Assembly: GCF_006345805.1 (NCBI RefSeq)
Contig: NW_021835823.1
Coordinates: forward strand, 1 to 38,255
Reading direction: 5' to 3'
Source: Octopus sinensis
Lineage: Eukaryota
DNA: 38,255 nucleotides
Below the pieces are notes generated by a model that ran no database searches, was not told where the DNA came from, and saw only the letters and a list, made by a program, of their open reading frames with translations. The translations under genes were made by a program, and so were the position numbers. Below, piece after piece: positions 12,918 through 24,189 of the stretch. Within the stretch, counting starts at the first letter, position 1; each line of letters starts with the position of its first letter.

Positions 12918-15211
12918 TATTATATTAGCATTATTTTTGTTGCTTTTGCTGTTGTTTTTGTTGTCGATATTATTGATGTTTTAAGAAACGAGGTGGCGGA
13001 AACGTTAGCACGCCGAGCGAAATGCTCAGTGGTATTTCGTCTGCCGTTACGTTCTGAGTTCAAATTTCGCTGAGGTTGACTTTACTGTTCATCATTTTGT
13101 GGTCGATAAATTAAGTACCAGTTGTGTACTGAGGTAGATCTAATCAATTGGCCCCTCCACAAAAAAATTTGGACCTTGTGCCTAGAGTACAAAATATTCA
13201 TTAAGTAATTTTTCTTCCATTCGGTCAGCTATTTTCGTTCTATTCGATCGGCGTTTCTTTTGGTGAATTTGTCCCCCTAGTATTCGTTCAACAGTAGGAA
13301 TATACTAAAAAAATTCCAGGGTTAACTGGTTTGTAAATTGTCACTAGTGTAATGATTATCATCAAATATTCTTTTTTATTCTTCCATCTTTAGACCATTT
13401 CATTCCAGGCATAGCTGTGGTCGTCATCGTCGACGTCTTCTTCTTCTTCTTCTTCTTCTTCTTCTTCTTCTTCTTCTTCTTCTTCTTCTTCTTCTTCTTC
13501 TTCTTCTTCTTCTTCTTCCAATCACGACTTGCGCCATTAGCCACACAGAATAATATCTAATTCGAGCTTACTCTAATCTACTAAGAATGCGTGTGGCAAC
13601 TTGAAAATCCACCCACAACACGCGATAGACGTGCGGTTGCAGGGACGCGAAAGCTACGTTGTTATCCTAATTCCGTAAACGTTGGCTTTTTACGGGTGGA
13701 GAGCTGAACCATCCTGGGGTACAGAGGATTCGCAGTTTTACCACACCATAGTGAGTTACACCATGGTTCCTCTGCTTTGTGGCAGAAGTAGTAAGAAAGA
13801 GTGAAAGATAGATGTGGTGAAGGAGTACTGCGGGTCCCCCCACCAGTCGCCGAAGCCTCGAAGAGCTTTGGTGTTTTTGCTCTTTAAACACTCACAATGG
13901 CCGGTCTGGAAATCGAAACCGCGTTCTTACGGCCATGATTCCGCTGCCCTAACCGCTGGGCCATTGCGTTTCCACTCGTAGCAGTGGTTGTTGATAAACC
14001 CTTGATTTTAATGTCAACTCATCTAAGATACGACAGTAGACTATGAGCAATATGATTTGGTAATGATATATTCCTGGCAAATAAAGAAAAATAAATATAT
14101 AATAGCATGAAACTATTGTGTTAAAAAAACAACCCGTTGGATAGAAAAAGCGGAAGGCTACCCGGGGATTCGAACACATACCTCCTATTTCTTTACTACC
14201 CACAAGAGGCTAGACACAGAGGGGACGAACGAGGACAGACAAACTGATAAATCGATTATATCGACCTCAGTGCGTAACTGGTACTTATTTAATCGACTCC
14301 GAAAGGATGAAAGACAAAGTCGACCTCGGCGGAATTTGAACTCAAAACGTAGCGGCAGATGAAATACGGCTGAGCATTTCACCCGGCGTGCTAACGTCTC
14401 TGCCAGCTCGCTGCCTTTCGAACACATACCTCCTGTAAACATGACAGGCTCGTCAACAATATGATGTATATTTTTCTTGAGAGCAAGCTTGCTTTCGTTG
14501 AGAGAATTATAATTTTACGGCGAAAAACATGGCGCAGACGGAAAATAAACAATCGCCTCATAGACGTTGGTATTCCCCACTGATTACGTATATTATTTTA
14601 ATCACAGCAACGACTCCTTCGTGCTGAAACAGCGAAAAGGTGTTTGAGACAAACAGTGGTTCTTCTCAGCGGGTGTTGTGTGATTTTGACACTGGCTGCT
14701 TTAGACAAACACCTCGTTAAATATCTAAAATATTCATTAAGAAAACTTATTTTATTTTATTTTAAAATTATATTTCTTACACTTCGGTTTGCATTCTCGT
14801 GTTTTCATATATTTCTTTTTTAATCATATTGATTTCTAATTTTTGGTACTACTCCTCAATTTTGGAATTTTGGCGATAGAACATTTTAGGAAAAAAAACT
14901 TACTTTCTATCGTTTTCTTTTCTTTAGTGGTGTTACTGCTGGTACAAATGTTAAAAAAGAAATATTATATCTGTTATAAAGGCGGCGAGCAGGAAAAGTG
15001 GTCTACACGCCGGACAAAAGGCTTGACGTTCTGTCATTGCGTTCTGTCATAGGTCTTTACGTTCTGATTTCAGATGCCGTCCAGATAGACTGTGCTTATC
15101 ATCCTTTCGAGGTCGATGAAATAACTACCAAGTCAGGAGCTGTGGGTCGATGTAATCCACAAGATCTATCACCCAAAATTTCGAGCCTTGAGCCTAGAAT
15201 AGGAAGAATTA

Positions 15212-15297
<86 letters not shown>

Positions 15298-15478
15298 TCC
15301 TACTATCATGATGTGATTATTACCATTAGTAGCAGTATATGTATCTATGTATATATATTTATTTATTATTCTTATAAAAGTATTTTGCTTATAGCATTAC
15401 CAGTTTTCGGCGACCTAAGCCATCGCCGGACTGCGATACATTAAAGTTAGATTTGCTTTTGTATAATCTCTTTTTAAC

Positions 15479-15546
<68 letters not shown>

Positions 15547-15650
15547 TTCTGTAAATATATATATATATTGATATATATGTGTGTGTGTATGTATTCTTGT
15601 ATGTATATGCATAGTTAGATGTATATGTTATATGTATATGTATATATGTA

Positions 15651-15690
<40 letters not shown>

Positions 15691-17168
15691 ATATTTTTTT
15701 TTTTTTTTTTATTGATTGATTCTAGTTTCCGCTCATGAGCTGTGGCCATGCTGGGGCACCGATATATATATATAGGTATATATGTATATATATATACATA
15801 TCTAGGTATATATGTGTGTATATATATATGTAATCTAGAGAAAAACACTACTAAACAATTCAATAAAGAAAGATGTTATTCACACCATAGAGAAAACATT
15901 TACTATAGAGAACACCTTAATTTAAATCAATAAATTACAATAAATAGTAAATAGTAGTAAAAAGACTCTGCACATTTCGTGGCTATATTTGCAAATAAAT
16001 AATAATAATAAAATCAATTCGATTTAAAATTAAATCGAACTAAAATTAATTCTATTTAAAAATATTATTATTAACTAATGACAAAAATTTGATTAATTTC
16101 CTCGACGAACGAAAAATTGAACGTAGACATAAATTAAATTACTTATATAATAAATTTAGCTAATTTGTGTATATATATATATATATATATAACCCTTTTT
16201 TATTTTACTAATTGTAGTAGTTAAAATTTGTAGTAGCAAAATGTTTATAAATTAGCACGAGATTATATAGTCTATATTACAAAATTACAATAAGTGGAAT
16301 ATTAGATGTTTATAAAATAAATAAATTAATTAATTAAAATAGATTAAATTATAGAATTTTAGCTTAAGTTATGTTTATTATGTTATGTATTTCACGTATT
16401 AAGCATTTAAATTATTTAGACTTTACAATTTTCCAGTTAATAGTATATTAAAGTTAATTTTTTTCCCTTATTCTTACAGCTAAAATACATTTGTAAATTT
16501 AATAGCGTGTATACATATTTCTATCTATTTCTTCTATAAATTATATTTACGCCATATTTTCATGCGATATTTTTCTTATATTTCGTATAAACGCTAAGTT
16601 CGACGGTTTACGTTTAAATTGTTAGTTAAGGAAAATCCTTCGTCAAGATAAGTTATATTAGTATTTTAAGAAATATTTTTAAATGCTTTTCGACTATTTA
16701 TAGTTAATACATGTATCTTTTTATACATTTATTTGAAAAGTTAAGATAATTACATATATTCTATTGTTATTATTTTCTATTTTTATTATTTATTATCTTA
16801 AACCTGATGAGTGACTATATTTTTAAATAGAATTAATTTTAGTTCGATTTAATTTTGAATCGAATTGATTTTATTATTATTATTATCTATTTGAAAATAT
16901 AGCCATGAAACGTGCGTAGTCTTGTTACAACTATTTATTATTTATTGTACTTTATTGATTTAAAATAAGTTTTTTTGTAATATATGCTTTCTATATGGTG
17001 TGAATATCATCTTTCTTTATTGAATCGTTTAATAGTGGTTTTTCTATAAATTATATATGTATATATTATATATTGTGAAATTTGATAGAAAATTGTTAAA
17101 TAGAATTTTTCGCTGTAAGTTTTTGAATTTTGTTTCCTTTTATTATTATTATTGTATATATAGATAAA

Positions 17169-17205
<37 letters not shown>

Positions 17206-17353
17206 TCACACATATATATATACATATGTATCATATCTATATATATATATGTATATATATGTGTGTATGTGTATATATATATGTATATATATGTGTGTGT
17301 GTGTATATATATATGCATATATATATGTGTATATGTATATATATATGTATATG

Positions 17354-17396
<43 letters not shown>

Positions 17397-20300
17397 TGAA
17401 AAAATAATAAGGCAGAACGCTAAACTGAAAGCAAATTTTAATAAAAATGGGTGTAAGAAAAATTAAAAAAGGAAATCAAATCGCCTTTCATTGCAAGGTA
17501 AATTTTCAAGATTTGGAAGTGGAAAATAATTCTTTTATAGTTGAGGAAGGGGAAAAAATTTACATACATACAGTAAATTTGCAGGAGTCGCTGTGTGGTA
17601 AGTAGCTTACCTACCAACCACATGGTTTAGGGATCAGCGACCAAAGCCTTATGAATGGATTTGGTAGACGGAAACTGAAAGAAGCCCGTCGTATATATCT
17701 ATATATTTATGTATATGCTTGTGTGTCTGTGTTTGTCCCCCAACATCGCTGGGCAACCGATACTGGTGTTTACATACCCGTATCTTAGCGGTTCGTTAAA
17801 AGAGACCGATAGGATAAGTAGTAGCTTTAGAAAGAATAAGTCCTGGGGTCGATTTGCTCGACTAAAGGCGATGCTCCAGCATGGCCGCAGTCAAATGACT
17901 GAATCAAATAAAAGAATAAAAGAATACATACATACATACACAATAACATGTTTTCTGTAAAGCTACCACGTTTTTTTTTTATTTTTGACATGAATTGCAA
18001 TACACAGAACAACTCACATAAAATTTCGCCATGACACCTTACACTTATCTCGTAGAGTAAAAGTAAGCAGCATTTTGAACCATGTAGAATTTTTACCGGA
18101 TTTCTACAGAGTTTTGAATTTCTTTAATACATTTATCAGTTACCTGATAATACTGACATAGATTTTCTCAAATGTATCAATAAATTAACATTGATATTTT
18201 TTCCCCGTTGTCACAATCATCTGAAATGGAAGTGTCAAGGAGCGATATTCGTGCAATTTTACTATTTAACTTCAAAAACGGACGTAAAGCAGTAGAAACT
18301 GTTTATGAAATCAACGAAACGTTTGGCGAGGAAATGACCAGTGGGTGGTCAGCTCGAAAAAATGGCTTAAACGATATCGCAGTGGAGACCTGACCCTTGG
18401 AGATCGTGAGCGTAGTGAATGCCCATCTGTAATTTATATTGGTCAATTAAAGACCTTCCTTGAGAAAGATCCACGTAAAACCACCGTCGGAGAAATGGGA
18501 AAAGAACTTCAAATTAGTCAGAAAATCGCCTGCAACCATTTGCATGCGATTGGAAAATCAAAAAAGCTCGACAAATAGGTACATCATGATTTGAATGAAA
18601 ATCAGAAAAGGTGTTGTTATGAAATTTGCTCGTCGCTTCTTCTCCGTAACCAGACTATTCCGTTTCTCGACCGTATTATGGCTTGCAATGAAAAGTTGAT
18701 TCTGTACAATAATAAATAGCGTTCTTCGAAGTGGCTGTATCAAAATGAAGCGCCAAAAACTTTCCCTAAACCCGAGTTCTTCAAAATGAAGGTTATGGTG
18801 ACTGTTTGGTGTAATGGTAAACTCATCCACTATAACTTCTTAAAACCCGGGAAAACCCATACTGCAGAAACATATTGCCATGAAGTTGCCAAAATGAACG
18901 AAAAACTGCTTCTCCTCCGTCCCAGACTGGCCAACAGAAGAGGGCCAATCATTCTTCATGACAAAGCTCGACCACACGTTTCACTAATGTCGCTCCAGAA
19001 GTTGAGGGAATTTGGCTACGAAGTTCTTCCTCACTCAGCTTATTCTCCCAGACTTTTCTCCTACAGACTACCACTTTTCTAGCACCTTGATGGTTTCCTG
19101 TGACAGAAGGCGTTCGAAAATCAAACCAATACTGAAAGTGCGTTCAAAGAGTTCATCAGCTCCAGAACTCCAGACTTTTTATGTTACCCGAATAAACAAA
19201 TTTGTAACTCGTTGGCAAAAGTGTGTTGATTGTAATGTACTTACTCTGATGGATTATATTTCCGCATTGATGAAATATATTGCGACAAATTTCATGTTTC
19301 AAAAACGTTGCTTACTTTTTACTCAGCCTGATAATAACCGTGTATTATCATCATCATCATCATCGTTTATCAAGAGAGACATAAGAAGCTAACGATGTAG
19401 ATTGGCTGAGCAGTTACTCGGTTGTGTGATGAAAGGTAAGGATTGTGAGAAACCATTTCTGCCAAGATCTGCCTCGACTAATTTGACTAAAGAAAATCAA
19501 AATGTTTAAATCATCCTATGCTATTTTCGTTTGCAAATATATTTTCATATATTTATCTGAAATTACTTGAATAAATCGTTATTAATTAAAATGTGAATGC
19601 TATTTTTGAATCTTAAAAATACACCCTAGCAACATTTATTCAGCTCTCAAAATAAGTTCACAGATTGCTTTCCTTCTAATCATGAAACCTGACACTCATT
19701 AATCTAATCCATATAGATTAGTACTGACTGGCTGTCAGTGGTCTAACTTCAGAATGTATGACGCACATCCGGATTTGCAGATATACTTTAATGAACAGTG
19801 GTGACCAGACTTGCTTAAAGTAAAAAATACAACCCACACAATGAAGTTGTTTCAGAGACACCGGAAAGAAAAATTTCACCACATTTCCAGTTTTCAATAA
19901 TAGCTCTCACTGTTTGCACTGAAATAGCATTTTCATGTTATGGTAGAAAATTCTGAATTCATTGCCAGTAAATTATTATATTTCGATGCTACGAAATTAA
20001 CGTTTAAATATTTTATAAAAATTTTGAAGCTGATAAAATAATCAGTAGCGACAAGTTCTATTCAATGTACTGCATCTCCCAATCCTAACATTACTCTCCA
20101 CAGTTGCATAAGTTTTTGCAGTCGTATTAAAATGGGGTTAAGATATAGTTCAAATTCATTACTTTAGCTGAGTGCGTGCTCAGCCGAGTGGATATTTCGT
20201 GTTCAACGTCGAATTCTTTATGTATAATTTTGCAACTACTGCCATAATCTAGACTATCTATCCCAGAGGTGCTCAACCGGGGTCCAAACGACATCTGAGG

Positions 20301-22726
20301 GCCCATATAATATTTTGGGGGTTCACACAGCAAAAGAGTACATCGGGGATCCAAAATAACATTTTAAGATCTCCTGAAATATTTTTGCTTAAGACAGATG
20401 TATTGTTATGTATTGCAAGAAACAGATGGAAAGGCGGTGAGCTGGCAGAAACGTTAGCACTCCGGGTGAAATGTTTAGCGGTATTTCTTCTGGAGCTTCG
20501 TTCTGAGTTCAATTTCCGCCGTGGTCGACTTTGCCTTTCATGCTTTCGGGGTCGATAAATTAAGTACCCGTTACGCACTATGGTCGATGTAATCAACTTA
20601 ATCACTTTGTCTGTCCTTGTTTGTCCCCTCGGTGTTTAGCCCCTTGTGGGCAAGAAACAAATAAGAAATGTTTGCACGCCGGGCGAAATGCTTAGCGGTA
20701 TTTCGTCTGCCAAGACGTTCTGAGTTCAAATTCCGCCGAGGTCGATTTGGCCTGTCATTCTTTCGCGGTCGATAAATTAAGTACCCGTTACGCACTGGAG
20801 TAGATGTAATCAACTTAATCCCTTTGTCTGTCCTTGTTTGCCCCCTCTATGTTTAGCCCCTTGTGGGCAATAAAGAAATAAGAAACAACTGGGCTTCTTT
20901 CTTTAACTTTGAACATGGTTCAACTTAGACAAGTTAACGTGTGAAAAATAAAATAGGAATTTTGAAAGAAGATTCTATAAAATTAGTTTGTGAAAATCGA
21001 ATGACTATGGTGGTCCATCGGAGTAAAATAGTTGTCAAAGTGGTCCATAGAAACAAAACGGTTGAGAACCCTTGATCTACATATTTAAGATGCACAGCTA
21101 GTGCAATCGTTACCGCGCTGGACGAAAAGCTTAGCGATATTTCTTCCGGATCATTAAGTTCTGCATTCAGATGCCAACGATTATGAGCTGGCAGAATTGT
21201 TAGCACGCCGGGCGAAATGCGTAGCCGTATTTCGTCTGCCGCTACGTTCTGAGTTCAAATAACGCCGAGGTCGACTTTGCCTTTCATCCTTTCGGGGTCG
21301 ATTAAATAAGTACCAGTTGCGCACTGGGGTCGATATAATCGACTTAATCCGTTTGTCTGTCCTTGTTTGTCCCTTCTGTGTTTAGCTTCTTGTGGGTAGT
21401 AAAGAAATAGAAATAGATTATGACTTCACCCTTCATAATTTTGGGGTCTATAAAATATACATTTTTCTGACTCTGAGTTCGATGTCACGTCAAAATTGCT
21501 GGCCTTGTACCAAAAGTAGAAAGATACTCTTTTTTTTTACTTGTAAACTTCTGTCTTTCGCTTTTGCTTTTTACTTTTAGCGTATTGTGTCCTGTTATTC
21601 AGTTAATTTTTATATTACATTAAATAAAACTTTCTAATTTAGCTTCAAGGCCTGTTATTACGAGGTGAGGGAATTAGTCAATGCACTCGACTCAAATTTA
21701 CTAATCAAGAAAAATAATTTCATGTATGTATCTTGGAAGGGTAAAAACTAATGTTGAAATTACCGTGGCTCTGCATCTATAATATACAGAACCAAAACAA
21801 AATACACGACGAATTGTAAGTAAGTTTGAACTTTATAGACATTTAGTGTGGAATCACAAAATAAAGGTTTCAATTTTTGCGACAAGGGCAGTAATTTTTG
21901 GAGAGTGAATGAGTCGATTACATCGACCCCAGTGTTTCATTAGTACTTAATTTATCGATACTGAAAGGATGAAAGCAATGACAACCTCGGCGGAATTTGA
22001 ACTCAGAACGTAGCGGCTGACGAAATACCTATTTCTTTACAATCAACACGGGACTAAACACAGAGAGTACAAACAAAGACAGACAAAAGGATTAAGTCGA
22101 TTACATCGACTCCAGTGCGTAACTGGTACTTAGTTAATCTACCCCGAAAGGATGAAAGACAAAGCCGACCTCGGCTAAACTTGAACTTAGAACGTAGCGG
22201 CAGACGACATACTGCTGAGAATTTCACCCGGCGTGCTAATGTATCTGCCAACTAATTTTCTCATCGTAATTTATGTGCTAATGAGCAAAATATAGGAGGA
22301 AATACATATTGGGTTTCATAAACTGTATATTACATAAGTAATTTAGATTGAAGTATATTCAATCGTAACAAATGAGATTTTACAAATAGGGAAAACAATG
22401 CGGAAATGTAAAGGATATATATTTTACCTCCATAATTTATAATTAATGTAGGATAAAATTTTTTCGGGAAAAAAATTTCATCAATGGCCAGCATATCAAA
22501 AAATACCTTTAAAGGTTAAATTTAAAAATAACAAGATAGAGGCAAAAGAAAAAATTCTAATGCCAAATATGCCGAAACAAAAATTGTCAATAACCATTAT
22601 AATTTATGTGTCTCGAAACAAACCGATAGAAATTTCTAAAAAATTCGTTATTACCGTATTAGTCCAATTTCCATATTTTACCTCCATAGATACATAGACT
22701 TGTTAACCACTTCATTGTTATTAATA

Positions 22727-22761
<35 letters not shown>

Positions 22762-22792
22762 TCTATTATTATCATTATTATTATTATTATTA

Positions 22793-22827
<35 letters not shown>

Positions 22828-22832
22828 ATTAA

Positions 22833-22901
<69 letters not shown>

Positions 22902-23191
22902 TGTTTGACTTTTGCTTTGTATTTGTACAAGTTGGCTCCAAATCTCACCCAGAGACTTCAAGTGACAACAGGGTAGAACTTCAAGTTGGTGTTATGACGA
23001 GGGTGTCATATATTTGCTTTTGTACATATTATTGTTCCTGAGAATGTTTAAGAAAATATAAGAAAATTATGAATTTGTCTTAAAACATGAGCTAACATAA
23101 AAACTATTTTATATAGGATATGGACAGTTCCTATGAGTACTATCCTCTGAATTTCTGCCATTTTGGTGTATCCTGGTATCTGAGCTAGATT

Positions 23192-23226
<35 letters not shown>

Positions 23227-23438
23227 TCAGTAGTTTTATTTTTATAGCGTGCTTTCACTTCACTACCGAGTGCAGCTCTGTGTGCCTTGGGTATGTGCTG
23301 TGATTTGTTGTGATGCTCTGATGGTTATTGTATGGAAAGTGTTCTGCGTAGGATGTGTGCAGTGCCTAGTAGTGCAATTTTCTGTATGTTATATGTGTTT
23401 GTAAGTCCTGGTGTTTTTGTTATGTATTTGTCGGAATA

Positions 23439-23499
<61 letters not shown>

Positions 23500-23687
23500 C
23501 ATTCTTCTTCTTCTTCTTCTTCTTCTTATTATTATTATTATTATTCTTATTCTTCTTCTTCTTATTATTATTCTTATTCTTCTTATTCTTCTTCTTCTTT
23601 TCTTTTTCTTCTTCTTCTTCTATATTATTAGATTATTATTATTATTAAATTATTATTATTATTATTAATTCATTATCATTATTATTA

Positions 23688-23735
<48 letters not shown>

Positions 23736-23737
23736 CA

Positions 23738-23778
<41 letters not shown>

Positions 23779-24119
23779 TCCTTATTTGATTTTATACTGT
23801 ACTGGCTCACGCTGTGTTCGTTTTCGAATGTCTCGGGGACATTTAAATGTAAGAACGCAAGTGGTATAATGTAGTGAATAAGTCTTCAGTAAGTCTCACT
23901 GAAGTGCTTTAAGTATATTCATACAAAAAAAAAAACCCCGAAATCAATTGATTCCGGTATATCTGTATTCCACAGTCTCTGTAATTCATACAAGGTAAGC
24001 CTATATCTGCTATATTCGTTTCATTCGCTGTCTGTATTTTAATAGTGAGAAATCTGTGGTTTCAGAGGGATAGCTCTATTTGTAGCAAGTGGTCTTCTAA
24101 AACCCTACTAAATTTTGTT

Positions 24120-24189
<70 letters not shown>

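Larger units (their letters stand above)
22705..23780. repeat. Compound (ATT)n/(TTC)n array containing two LINE 3' ends
   Basis: Direct reading. Confidence 0.93.

Noticed and set aside
16066-16816. NUMT or viral coding sequence in the foldback spacer
   Set aside because: No recognisable mitochondrial gene, rRNA motif or ORF; a search is still needed to exclude a control-region origin.
16800-16830. CTGATGA hammerhead core (also CTGAAGA near 25240 minus and CTGACGA near 24325 minus)
   Set aside because: No properly placed stem II plus GAAA follows.
22415-22690. Short direct repeat ATATTTTACCTCCATA about 255 bp apart
   Set aside because: A single AT-rich match with no element hallmarks between the copies.
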